Made by a program: the position numbers and the translations under genes. Below, one piece after another: positions 50,273 to 60,093 of a DNA stretch of 64,000 nt; position 1 is the stretch's first letter; every line of letters begins with the position of its first letter. The stretch is from a virus. Under the pieces are notes generated by a model that was given only the letters and a program-made list of their open reading frames with translations, ran no database searches and was not told the origin of the DNA. The stretch lies in IMG/VR virus record IMGVR_UViG_3300042519_001698. One strand, given 5' to 3'.

Positions 50273-50932
50273 ATGTCAAAATACGATAGTCTATTTGAAA
50301 AGGGGTATTATTTCGGAGATTTAAGTGAAATGTCATTTGACATGGATGAATATAATAAAAAATGTAAGGAAGTAATGGCATTTGCTGACGATAAGGAAAA
50401 ATATTTTGAATATTTTAATATTGCACGTGATTATTTACCCCATAGAATACCATATAGTGAAAGACAAGAAAGACTTAATTATCTAAAAAATAACCCAAAT
50501 ATTGACCCATTTAATTCCTCTAATAATTTAAAATATAATAATGAAACCATACCATATTTAAATTATTTTACAGACCTTGTTTATGATTTTATACCTAATG
50601 TATATCCACATTTAACTAAAGATATGTTAGGTATTAGCCCTGGAATTCAAATGTACCAAGACGGAGATTATCAACAATCACATTTTGATGGTCATATAGA
50701 CCTATGTGTTTTTCTTTTGTATTTTTCTGACCCATCAACATATAACTATACTGGTAGATTACAAATAGTAGAAGGAAAAAGTCCTGAAAAAATAATTGAT
50801 ATGGTGGACCCGATAAATGGTAAATTTGCAATGTTTGACACCGTAAATCATAATCCCGAACATAGGGTTGAAAAGGTTACGGGTGATTTTAAAAGATTCT
50901 CTTTTTTAGGACAACTTTCTGTACTTAAATAA
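50273..50932 (+). CDS. 2OG-Fe(II) oxygenase (prolyl-hydroxylase-like)
   Basis: H-x-D (HFD), distal HRV and the 2OG-binding RFS. Confidence 0.8.
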   Translation: MSKYDSLFEKGYYFGDLSEMSFDMDEYNKKCKEVMAFADDKEKYFEYFNIARDYLPHRIPYSERQERLNYLKNNPNIDPFNSSNNLKYNNETIPYLNYFTDLVYDFIPNVYPHLTKDMLGISPGIQMYQDGDYQQSHFDGHIDLCVFLLYFSDPSTYNYTGRLQIVEGKSPEKIIDMVDPINGKFAMFDTVNHNPEHRVEKVTGDFKRFSFLGQLSVLK

Positions 50933-51293
50933 TATTAATATAAAGTTTTTCTTTAACGGGTAATATTAATTTACCCAATTGCGTACATAACCCGTCTGTA
51001 AACTGTATGTTAATTCTCCCTTCATATTTCCCAACTTCTGATGTTTGTCCCTCTGTAAATCTATATATGATGTAATATTCGTCAGTTGTTTGATTATATA
51101 ATTTTGTTCTTGTTGAAACATTACATGTTTCACCCAACAAAACAGGTTCCCCTGTTATAACATCAAACATATCAAATGTTATTATGGCGGTTTCTAAATC
51201 ATCATTAAATGATGTTTTATCATTTTTACCGTCATCTAATAACCTTAATTTTAATATTGGATCTGACGACCCTTTCCTTATATGGAATTCCAT
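50925..51293 (-). CDS. Putative virion adaptor protein (BppU N-terminal-like Ig fold)
   Basis: F.IRKG...P.LKL.L; Y.F..G.T...G.Y.G...I.F pattern. Confidence 0.5.
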   Translation of the reverse strand: MEFHIRKGSSDPILKLRLLDDGKNDKTSFNDDLETAIITFDMFDVITGEPVLLGETCNVSTRTKLYNQTTDEYYIIYRFTEGQTSEVGKYEGRINIQFTDGLCTQLGKLILPVKEKLYINII

Positions 51294-51535
51294 TACTTAA
51301 TTGTTAAAATAAATTCGTTACCTGATAAAAATGGTGCATTATCTTCATTTTTTAATTCATTTGACTTACAGTAAAATTCTTCTTTTACTATTTCAAATGG
51401 AAATCCCATTTCATCTTTAATAACACCTTTAATATGTTCAACCGTTAATGGTTCATTAGTGTTAAAAGTTTTTTGAAACCTTTTAATTTTTTGTTTGTTT
51501 TTGATGATTTTAACATCAATATCTAATATTTTCAT
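51293..51535 (-). CDS. Hypothetical protein
   Basis: 80-aa ORF coupled in an operon. Confidence 0.7.
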   Translation of the reverse strand: MKILDIDVKIIKNKQKIKRFQKTFNTNEPLTVEHIKGVIKDEMGFPFEIVKEEFYCKSNELKNEDNAPFLSGNEFILTIK

Positions 51536-51554
51536 AATCTATTTTTTTTAATTT

Positions 51555-53657
51555 TTAGTCATTTTGATAAATCCAATCATTCGTAGATTCTTCACTACTA
51601 TAATCTTGAGTTGTTACTGATGTAATAGTATCTTCACTAACTAAATAAACTTCAACCGTATCATCCCCATTATAGTTCATAACAACAAATCTATCTTTAA
51701 CACCATATGTATTATCCCAACCATTAGTCCAAGTTGTTGTTTCACTGTTTAATAATGTTCCAGAAAAATTATACAATCTTATTTTAGTTACACCACCGTT
51801 AGTTTCATTATATACAAACATAAACTTGCTCTCACCAACTGAAATATCAAAACTATTATACTCAGGGAAACTAAACTCACTAGTTATTCCGGTTGATGTT
51901 AATACTCTAAAATCTATTTGGTCGGTGTTAAATAAAACCGTTGCACCATTGTACTTGTCTGTGCCTGAGAAATGGGAATCTGTGTAATTAAAATTATTAT
52001 AATAATCTGTTGAGGTAAATCCTGTACTACCACTATATACATAAAATCCAAGATCACCCTCCGTTCTGATTGTAAGATAGGCGGTTTCACCAAAAGAATA
52101 CATAGTTGAACTATAAGCTGAGATTAAACCGTAATCGTTTATTTCATCAATTACAACACCTAATTCGTTAATTAATTTGTAAGTTACATTGTTATTACTA
52201 TTAGTAAAAATCTGTACAGCCGTTCTATTACCCAATGAATTCCAGTTCAAATTAGTAACACCAGATACACTAACATTCATACTTTCTATACGAGTACTAC
52301 CAGACATAATGGTTAACGTAGATACAATACCATCACCATTTACACACGGTGTTCTATAAATGTCACTTAATTGACCGTATGGTTGAATTGTTTTTGATTC
52401 ATCGTTTGCGAATGTATATGTACTAAAAGATGTTTGATTATTGAACATATACATAATGTCACAGTATGTAACATCCACACCAAAAGTATTCCAATTATAA
52501 GTGTCATAAAAATTTATTACAACACCACCATCATTTCCCTCACTATCTGGATATAAACCAGAATCTCCATCTATATCGCTTTCAGTATATCCTGTACCTC
52601 TAGCGTGTGATGTTTCAATTAAGTTTGATGTGTTACCATTATAACTTATTATTTTATATGGTGTTTCTACGTTATTATCATCCCATAGTAATATGGTATA
52701 TTTGTTTGTTCCGTGAAATTGGTCATTATAATCGCTATATGTGGCACCAGTTAATGAAACCGTCTCTAAAATGGTTCCACTTGTGTTATATATTTCAAAA
52801 TTTGTGAATGTACCTGAGGTACCTTGAGCTTCAGTTAAAACAGCAATAAAATCAGATGAATTTGTCATTTTATGTCTAATGTATGTTCCATCTGTCCAAG
52901 TTTTAAATAAAGTTGTTGTACCGTCAGTTGGATTAACTATGTGTGATGTACCTGGTCCATTGTATGTCCATCCACTTAAAGGTGGAACTTCCCATTTTTC
53001 GATAATCATTGTACCATCAGACGTGACTGCATTAAAATTCCACTCAATATCAATACTATATAATGCTGGGTTCCAAGTGTATGTGTATACTGACACACCA
53101 TCTGAGTAAGTAAACACACCATTATCCACATCTTCAAATGTAACCCACTTACCATCTAAATCGTTACCACTATAACCATTAGTTGTACCACTATATCTTC
53201 CAATTTCTTCGTGAATGGCATTTGTGAATATCACTAATCTATCATCACCATCGTCAACACCTGTGAAATAGTGCATATAACCTGAATTATCTAACACATA
53301 TATATTCTGATTATTCCATACATTAGTATCAACACCTAAGTCAATAATTTCTGCGGTTAAAACATCAAAATTTAAAAACGCAGCACCGTAGTTGTCAGAA
53401 CCAACCATTCTATTTTGATAAACAAACGATTGAACAGAGGCATCTGGTTCAGGTATATTAAACGTGTATGTGTAATCATACTCAGCAAAGTAAAGGTTAT
53501 AGTCACCATACGGGTGTGTATTGATGTTATTGAAAGGGATTGTCTTGGTTCCAAGGTTTTCCGTGGTTCCAGATGTTAATCCTGTATATGGGGTAAACGT
53601 TACTGTTGCCGTTTTACCACTTAGATTGTTACTTGTTATTCTTGCTCCTACTGCCAT
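51555..53657 (-). CDS. Putative virion appendage protein, beta-rich (possible propeller)
   Basis: 700 aa rich in Thr/Ser/Gly/Tyr/Asn; TATTTATA upstream. Confidence 0.6.
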   Translation of the reverse strand: MAVGARITSNNLSGKTATVTFTPYTGLTSGTTENLGTKTIPFNNINTHPYGDYNLYFAEYDYTYTFNIPEPDASVQSFVYQNRMVGSDNYGAAFLNFDVLTAEIIDLGVDTNVWNNQNIYVLDNSGYMHYFTGVDDGDDRLVIFTNAIHEEIGRYSGTTNGYSGNDLDGKWVTFEDVDNGVFTYSDGVSVYTYTWNPALYSIDIEWNFNAVTSDGTMIIEKWEVPPLSGWTYNGPGTSHIVNPTDGTTTLFKTWTDGTYIRHKMTNSSDFIAVLTEAQGTSGTFTNFEIYNTSGTILETVSLTGATYSDYNDQFHGTNKYTILLWDDNNVETPYKIISYNGNTSNLIETSHARGTGYTESDIDGDSGLYPDSEGNDGGVVINFYDTYNWNTFGVDVTYCDIMYMFNNQTSFSTYTFANDESKTIQPYGQLSDIYRTPCVNGDGIVSTLTIMSGSTRIESMNVSVSGVTNLNWNSLGNRTAVQIFTNSNNNVTYKLINELGVVIDEINDYGLISAYSSTMYSFGETAYLTIRTEGDLGFYVYSGSTGFTSTDYYNNFNYTDSHFSGTDKYNGATVLFNTDQIDFRVLTSTGITSEFSFPEYNSFDISVGESKFMFVYNETNGGVTKIRLYNFSGTLLNSETTTWTNGWDNTYGVKDRFVVMNYNGDDTVEVYLVSEDTITSVTTQDYSSEESTNDWIYQND

Positions 53658-53678
53658 GGTTTGTTAATTTTTGTCTAT

Positions 53679-53686
53679 TATAAATA
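53679..53686 (-). promoter_or_regulatory. Candidate late promoter TATTTATA
   Basis: Upstream of the 53657 start. Confidence 0.6.
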
Positions 53687-53728
53687 CTTTATTTTGATGT
53701 ATCTTTTATTATTTGTTCTTTTTTATTT

Positions 53729-56653
53729 TTAGGAACCGATTTGTAATCTTATCGAATCACTTCCCCAATCATACAGATAAGTACCAAGAGTTAATCCCAT
53801 ACTTGATATTGTTTTGTTCGCAAATGTTGCGGTTCCACTTAATGGACTACCCGAAGTATAACCTATCGGTAAAATTATATCTTTACCTAGTGACCCATCC
53901 TGAATACCAAATGTTTGTCCTGAGTATGATGTTGGTGCTGTATATCCTGAACCGAAACTATTTGGGTAAACATTTAGATTATTTCCAAAAAATTTCCTAG
54001 CAAAAAATAGATTAGATTGACCAATTACCCAATAACCCAACGTACCGTTAATACCTCCGGCTGTTTGTACTGAACCTTCAATTAATCCTGTTAGGTTAAG
54101 AGAACCGGAACCTGACATTATAACGTCAGAACCAACCTCTAAAATTGTTACCACAAGACCTGATGTAGGTGTTGGAGTAGGTGTACTCGTAGGAGTTGGG
54201 GTATTTGTTGATGTTGGAGTAGGTGTATTTGTTTCCGTCGGAGTTGGTGTTGGTGTTGGTGTCTCTGTCGCCGTAGGTGTTGGTGTAGGTGTTTCTGTTG
54301 GCGTTTGCGTAGGGGTCTCTGTTGGTGTAACAGTATTCGTTGGCGTTGGCGTCGGTGTGGGTGTACTAGTTGGAGTTGGTGTAGGACAAATCCAAGTGGT
54401 TACTGAATCATTATAGTTTTGTAAAACATCTGAAGATGAAATTGCACCATCCCATATTTCTAATCTACCAAATTTAAGTGCGGAATATGTTCCATCATCT
54501 AAGTTCGTACTATCTGTAGCACCTATTGCATAATATAAACCATTACTACTTTGGTACGGTGCCTCTCTAACAACTGTTGATGAACCAGCACTTTGACCAT
54601 TTACGTATGCGGTTAAAGTTGTGTTGTTGTATACAAATCCAATATAATACCAATTATTAAGGGGTGTTGATATTGATGATGTTATTTCACTACCATATGG
54701 CCATACACTAAACTTTAATGTTCCACTAACCATTTCAATTTGTGAATCGTGCCAACCAATGTTTAAAACAGCACTACCTTGTTCACTCAATATTACACCA
54801 TTATCTGTTAAATAAACCCAAAGAAATATAGATGTATCTGTAGAATCATAAAGTGTATTAATTGAGGTGTTGGTTAAAATATATTGACTGGTACCGTTCA
54901 ACACTATTGACGAAGTACATCCATCATTTTGATATGATGGTGAACCAATTATACTTGCATTTGTGTTACCCAAAATGTCCGTAACCGTTGTTCCACTTCC
55001 AGAATATGATATTGAATCATTTATGTTTAAGTCAACAATTTTGTTATATGGTACCATTGTTGGTGTTGGTGTCGGTGTTGGTGTACTCGTTGCAGTTGGA
55101 GTTGGTGTTTGGGTTGGTGTTTCAGTATTTGTAGGGGTTTGAGTTGGTGTAACAGTATTTGTTGGTGTTGGACTTGGTGATGGTTGTAATAATGAATAAC
55201 TTAAATCATTATTTGGTATTAATGTGTATGTAGAATCTGCATTAGGAATTAATGTATAGTTAATATCATTGTTAGGTAATAAAACATATATTAAATTATC
55301 AGGTATTAATGTATGGGTTAAATCATTTGTTGGGATTAACGTATATGTTAAATCATCATTTGGTATTAACAAATAAACTAAATCATCATTTGGAATAATA
55401 ACATAGGTAAAATCATTTTCAGGTACAGGTGTAACAGTTGGTGTAGGTGTAACAGTTGGTGTAGGTGTAACAGTATTTGTTGGAGTTGGTGTAACAGTAT
55501 TTGTTGGTGTAACACTTGGAGTTGGTGTAACAGTATTTGTTGGTGTAACACTTGGAGTTGGTGTAACAGTATTGGTTGGTGTTGGGGTTGGTGTTGGGGT
55601 TAATAAAACACTATTACAATCGTAAATTGAATAATTTACTTTATTTAACGTTAAATAAAGGTGTTTTACATGAACAAAATTTAACGGCTCTTCATAGTAT
55701 TGAAATTTTCTTATTATATAGTCCGTCAAATTATTACCAACAATTTGAACCATTCGAGTAACCGATTTTCTTAATGATGGAATAACTTCTTCCCAATTCT
55801 CAATTTTATAAATTGGTTTACCATTAAGGTAAATTTTTAATCTACCAAGTCTCCTATGTTGTTCTCCCGCCCATTTTTTATTTAATTCCTCAATAAACTC
55901 ATATTCAGGTGTTGATCCCGATACTATTATATCATATGAGTTCGTAATCGTATAACCTGTTGCAATTTGATTTGCTGTCGATGCAGATAAAGGAGATGTA
56001 TATGGTACTGCATGAGGACCTAATATTAAATCATTATAACCCCCATAATTTTCAATCTCACATTCTCTATCAAAATACACATATCTTTCAAAAGTTACGG
56101 TAATATTATAATTTCCCGATATGATATATAATGGTATTTGTCTGGTTTGACCTGTTGATAGGTAATAACTTTCCGTATAACCCGAATCTGCTGAACAATT
56201 TCCCGAATATCTATACGCCTCCCATTTTATCCTATTATCCGATGTAAATGAAAAAGATAAATTATTATCAGCATAATTGTGAGTTAAAATATCATTTTTA
56301 ATACCTAAATAATAAAATCTTGATTCAACGGGTGCACCACTAAATACAAAATCCAAGGTCCAACCCTTTTCTGTTCTTCTTCTAATTAGATAGTTACAAC
56401 TTTGAGTTAATCCAGTGTATTGTTGATTAACATTATTTTCCCAAGGATATGTTGGATTAAAACAATCCGAATCAAGAACTAAACTGTCATAATCAATAGG
56501 AGTGTTGAAATCTAGAACCTCACAATCATAATCATATTGTATTTTTGATAGTTCATAGTCATATAACTCTGAGTAATCTACCTTTAAATCAAGTTTGGAA
56601 CCGTAAAATGTTAAAATATTCTGACTAGCCATACATTCATAAATATCTTTCAT
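53729..56653 (-). CDS. Adhesin-like virion protein: lectin-like N-terminus, three Pro/Thr tracts, 10-aa repeats, a LamG/ConA-like domain and a C-terminal beta domain
   Basis: 974 aa; LamG-like SIFLWV...[21 protein letters not shown]...[12 protein letters not shown]; PT tracts at 54164-54385, about 55057-55183 and 55424-55600. Confidence 0.75.
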   Translation of the reverse strand: MKDIYECMASQNILTFYGSKLDLKVDYSELYDYELSKIQYDYDCEVLDFNTPIDYDSLVLDSDCFNPTYPWENNVNQQYTGLTQSCNYLIRRRTEKGWTLDFVFSGAPVESRFYYLGIKNDILTHNYADNNLSFSFTSDNRIKWEAYRYSGNCSADSGYTESYYLSTGQTRQIPLYIISGNYNITVTFERYVYFDRECEIENYGGYNDLILGPHAVPYTSPLSASTANQIATGYTITNSYDIIVSGSTPEYEFIEELNKKWAGEQHRRLGRLKIYLNGKPIYKIENWEEVIPSLRKSVTRMVQIVGNNLTDYIIRKFQYYEEPLNFVHVKHLYLTLNKVNYSIYDCNSVLLTPTPTPTPTNTVTPTPSVTPTNTVTPTPSVTPTNTVTPTPTNTVTPTPTVTPTPTVTPVPENDFTYVIIPNDDLVYLLIPNDDLTYTLIPTNDLTHTLIPDNLIYVLLPNNDINYTLIPNADSTYTLIPNNDLSYSLLQPSPSPTPTNTVTPTQTPTNTETPTQTPTPTATSTPTPTPTPTMVPYNKIVDLNINDSISYSGSGTTVTDILGNTNASIIGSPSYQNDGCTSSIVLNGTSQYILTNTSINTLYDSTDTSIFLWVYLTDNGVILSEQGSAVLNIGWHDSQIEMVSGTLKFSVWPYGSEITSSISTPLNNWYYIGFVYNNTTLTAYVNGQSAGSSTVVREAPYQSSNGLYYAIGATDSTNLDDGTYSALKFGRLEIWDGAISSSDVLQNYNDSVTTWICPTPTPTSTPTPTPTPTNTVTPTETPTQTPTETPTPTPTATETPTPTPTPTETNTPTPTSTNTPTPTSTPTPTPTSGLVVTILEVGSDVIMSGSGSLNLTGLIEGSVQTAGGINGTLGYWVIGQSNLFFARKFFGNNLNVYPNSFGSGYTAPTSYSGQTFGIQDGSLGKDIILPIGYTSGSPLSGTATFANKTISSMGLTLGTYLYDWGSDSIRLQIGS
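55187..55423 (-). repeat. Eight degenerate 10-aa coding repeats, consensus [10 protein letters not shown]
   Basis: [79 protein letters not shown]. Confidence 0.9.
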
Positions 56654-56662
56654 AACATTTGA

Positions 56663-56670
56663 TATTTATA
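56663..56670 (+). promoter_or_regulatory. Candidate late promoter TATTTATA
   Basis: Upstream of the 56686 operon. Confidence 0.6.
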
Positions 56671-56685
56671 TAAAAGTCCATTTAG

Positions 56686-57462
56686 ATGAATAATTTTATA
56701 AAACAGGTAATTGAGGAGAAATTTGCGTCAAAAGCACAACAAAGATTCTTCTTCGCTAAGGCGAATGAAAAGGGTAAACCTATGAAAGAAAAGAAAAAAT
56801 GGGGTAAATGGGCGAAAGAATTTTCCGATAAAACTAATTTTGAAGAAATTCCCGATAAGAAAGAAAAGGAGGTTGATGAAATTGTTGACGCTTCGGGTAA
56901 TATTGAAAGAGGTACCAAGCCAGGAAACCCTAAAGCATTTGTAACTCAAGATAGAACAACTGATGAGGTGGTTAAAGCGACACGACCACAACAAGGTAAT
57001 TACGGTACTAAAATTTCTAATTTTGTTAGATACCCAATTGAAGAAGAAGTACTAACCAAAGAACAAGTAATGGAAATTGCAATGAAAGATTCATTGGGTT
57101 ACCAAGAAACCTTAGGTGCGGACGCTGATTACGATGAAGCTGAAGAATATTTTGAAAAAGAATTAGAATTACCTGATGAAGAAGTAAAAGACAGAATGGG
57201 TAAAATGGGATATGATGAAGATTTACCTGAAGATATGGTAAGACTTGTTGAAAACCCTAAAAAATTCATGGAGGAATATATTGAAAGTGTTCTTTCTAAA
57301 AGAAAAATGGATGATGAGATAGTTACAAGAGAAGGTGAACAAACCGAAGAGAAAGAAATAAACCCAATAGTTTTAAAACAATTAAAATCGTTAAAAAGTA
57401 GTCTTGAAAGTAATAAACTTACTGTAAATGACATTTTGAAACATTTAAAAGATAATGAATAA
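56686..57462 (+). CDS. Hypothetical acidic protein
   Basis: 258 aa; first gene after TATTTATA at 56663; N-terminal VIEEKFASKAQQRFFFAK. Confidence 0.85.
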   Translation: MNNFIKQVIEEKFASKAQQRFFFAKANEKGKPMKEKKKWGKWAKEFSDKTNFEEIPDKKEKEVDEIVDASGNIERGTKPGNPKAFVTQDRTTDEVVKATRPQQGNYGTKISNFVRYPIEEEVLTKEQVMEIAMKDSLGYQETLGADADYDEAEEYFEKELELPDEEVKDRMGKMGYDEDLPEDMVRLVENPKKFMEEYIESVLSKRKMDDEIVTREGEQTEEKEINPIVLKQLKSLKSSLESNKLTVNDILKHLKDNE

Positions 57463-57949
57463 AGATTTAAAAGATAGGGTTTTTGATTTACCTCAGAATA
57501 TTCTTGACAAAATAAACCACACAATAAATGGTTTAAACGGTCAGCATTTTCATGGTTTAAATAGAGCTCAGAAATTATTAAATGATAAACAAGTAAAATA
57601 CGGACAACTTAAAAGAATTATACATGACTTTCAAAATGTTGATAAGATTAGTGATAGAATTAGGTATGACTTGTATGGTGGTGAGTTAATGGAGAGATGG
57701 GCTAAACAATTTTTACAAGGAGAAAGGGATTTAATTAGTAATCAAAAAGATAGTAGAAAAAGGGCGGACGATATTGGTGCAATTACAGGAGAAAGAAAAA
57801 ATTCTCATTTAAAATCACATAGTAAGAAGGCCAGTTGGTTACCCCCACTTAATTTAGTTAAAAGTAACTCACATAAAAATTCAATAACATCTCTTAAAAT
57901 GGGTAAATTATTTGAAGAAGTTGAAAGAATAAAAAAATTAATGTTATAA
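57455..57949 (+). CDS. Hypothetical basic protein with a C-terminal LFEEVERIKKLML tag
   Basis: 164-aa ORF coupled in an operon. Confidence 0.85.
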   Translation: MNKDLKDRVFDLPQNILDKINHTINGLNGQHFHGLNRAQKLLNDKQVKYGQLKRIIHDFQNVDKISDRIRYDLYGGELMERWAKQFLQGERDLISNQKDSRKRADDIGAITGERKNSHLKSHSKKASWLPPLNLVKSNSHKNSITSLKMGKLFEEVERIKKLML

Positions 57950-57950
57950 T

Positions 57951-58484
57951 ATGGCAAAGACACAATTAGAAATAATAGGAGAACAAATTAGAATTCAAGG
58001 ACTTGCAATAAACACATATACAGGTAATAATGGATATGGTGTTACAAATCCTAATGCTATTTCTGATGGAGACGAAAAAGGTAAAGGGGAGAATCAAAAT
58101 GGAGAAATTGGTTCCGATACCGACATTCAAACAAGAATACAAATTTTAGGTTCCAATAGATATGATAAAAATAATGGTTATGGTCTTACAAATGCTAATG
58201 CCATTTCTGATGGAGACGAAAGAGGTAAAGGTCAAAATCCAAACGGACAAGTCGGTTCCCAAACAGATATTTTAACAAGGAACGAGGTTATGGGTAGAAA
58301 CAAATATGGAAATAATAATTCATATGGATTAAATAACCCCGACGCAATATCTGATGGAGATGAATTCGGTAAAGGACAAAAAGGTGATAATGGTACTGTA
58401 GGTTCATTAAGTGACATTAATAATAGAAAAGATAATCTCGGAAGAAATAAATTTAATTTTGAAAAGGGATACCCTGATTTTTAA
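57951..58484 (+). CDS. Hypothetical protein built from three 48-aa repeats (AISDGDExGKG)
   Basis: ISDGDE codons start at 58059, 58203 and 58347, an exact 144-bp period. Confidence 0.85.
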   Translation: MAKTQLEIIGEQIRIQGLAINTYTGNNGYGVTNPNAISDGDEKGKGENQNGEIGSDTDIQTRIQILGSNRYDKNNGYGLTNANAISDGDERGKGQNPNGQVGSQTDILTRNEVMGRNKYGNNNSYGLNNPDAISDGDEFGKGQKGDNGTVGSLSDINNRKDNLGRNKFNFEKGYPDF

Positions 58485-58487
58485 TAT

Positions 58488-59429
58488 ATGATTTTTAATA
58501 AAATGTTCTTTGAGTTACTTCAAGAACAAAACATACTTAAGACTTCAAAAACACAACCGTTAGTGGATGCAATTAGACAAAGGCACCCAATAACGTTTTA
58601 CTACACAGGTCCTCAAAAACCTGAGAAGGAAAGAGTATTGCCAGGTACAAGACAAAGTGGAGAACCTGTTGCACTCGGATTAAGTAAAAGGGGTAATTTA
58701 ATTATTAGAGTATTTGTACCGTCACCAAACGTTTCTAAAAAAGGTTTAGATAAAACCCAATGGAGAACGTTTATGGTTTCAAGAATGAGTAATGTTAAAA
58801 TTGATGATGAAGTTAAGTTTGACGAAAAAAGACCGCAATATAAAGAAGGTGACGATGATTCCATGTCAGTTACATATGTAACATCGGATTGGACACATAC
58901 ACCCGAACCCCAAGCAGAACCAACCCCACAAGAAGAACCACAAGGACAACCTGAACCACAGGATGAACCTACACCTCAAGTTGAACCACAAGGACAACCT
59001 GAACCACAGGATGAACCTACACCTCAAGTTGAACCACAAGGACAACCTGAACCTGTTGCGGTTGAACCTACAACACAAACTCAACCTACACCCGAACCTC
59101 AGACGGAACCAACACCAACTGAATTACCTCAACCAAAACCAGAAGTTAAACCAAGTAAAGAACCGGTACAAACTGGTATCGTTACCCCACAAAATACAGA
59201 CCAAGAGTATCAAAATAAATTGAAACAACAATATGATACTTTAAATCGTAGTTGGGTTGAAAAACAAAAAGAGGTCGGTGGTAATATAAAGGCCGGTGAA
59301 GGAACAAGAGCAAGATTTAAAAAAGAAGCTGAAAAGATTTTAAATAATCCACAACCAAACGAGAATCCTGAAGAATTAAATAAATTACAAGAATCCATTA
59401 ATCGAATTAAGACTTTAATGTTCTCGTAA
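58488..59429 (+). CDS. Stand-alone WYL-like domain protein with a Pro/Gln/Glu repeat linker
   Basis: AIRQRHPITFYY...GTRQSGEPVALG...NLIIRVF...WRTFMVSRMSNV; no HTH domain visible. Confidence 0.65.
   Translation: MIFNKMFFELLQEQNILKTSKTQPLVDAIRQRHPITFYYTGPQKPEKERVLPGTRQSGEPVALGLSKRGNLIIRVFVPSPNVSKKGLDKTQWRTFMVSRMSNVKIDDEVKFDEKRPQYKEGDDDSMSVTYVTSDWTHTPEPQAEPTPQEEPQGQPEPQDEPTPQVEPQGQPEPQDEPTPQVEPQGQPEPVAVEPTTQTQPTPEPQTEPTPTELPQPKPEVKPSKEPVQTGIVTPQNTDQEYQNKLKQQYDTLNRSWVEKQKEVGGNIKAGEGTRARFKKEAEKILNNPQPNENPEELNKLQESINRIKTLMFS
58935..59053 (+). repeat. 48-bp tandem repeat (EPQGQPEPQDEPTPQV), two full copies plus a partial copy
   Basis: Units start at 58935, 58983 and 59031. Confidence 0.9.
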
Positions 59430-59460
59430 AAAATTTTAAATTAGAAAAAATACAATAGAT

Positions 59461-60042
59461 ATGTCACAAACACACGGATCAATATCACAGAACGATTTAA
59501 TGATGAAATTAGTTCAAGCAAAAAAAGTAATGAATAAAGTTGACGGTGGTAACTACACAAAGGGTAATATAAATGAAAATATACTTAGAAGTGCTCCCGA
59601 AGACATCGATATGTCTGAATATCAATCAACTACGGTATCTAAACCAGTTAGTGGACCTGTTAACGTAAATAAAATACAAAATTCTAAATTACCCGACGCA
59701 ATTAAACAAGCAATGATTAATCACCCTATTGAACAAATGCCATCCATTTCTTTAAATGAGACATTGGATATGGATTTTATTAAAGGAGCGAAACGTTTAA
59801 TGGAACAAGAGGGAGTATCAACAAGACCATCGGCTCAAACAAAACAAACCATTGTTAATAACAATATTGATATGAATGCAATTGCAGTTCTTATCGAGAA
59901 TACAGTTCGTAAAGTAATGGATGAGAAATTAAATCAAATTTTGACCGCATCTACCACATCTACAATTAATGAAAACTTAGTACTCAAAGTGGGTGATTCA
60001 ATCTTTAAAGGTAAAATTACTGGTGTAAATAAAGCAAAGTAA
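59461..60042 (+). CDS. Hypothetical protein
   Basis: 193-aa ORF with multiple I/L-x-E sites. Confidence 0.85.
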   Translation: MSQTHGSISQNDLMMKLVQAKKVMNKVDGGNYTKGNINENILRSAPEDIDMSEYQSTTVSKPVSGPVNVNKIQNSKLPDAIKQAMINHPIEQMPSISLNETLDMDFIKGAKRLMEQEGVSTRPSAQTKQTIVNNNIDMNAIAVLIENTVRKVMDEKLNQILTASTTSTINENLVLKVGDSIFKGKITGVNKAK

Positions 60043-60093
60043 CATTTTGTTTTATCGTTTTTTTTCTCTATAATTTAGACATATAGTATTATT

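Noticed and set aside
53713-54000. Short antisense ORFs inside large genes (for example 53713-54000, 33198-33692, 28158-28481, 57129-57524)
   Set aside because: They lie opposite well-supported genes, have no promoter motif and show the typical antisense composition of an AT-rich genome.
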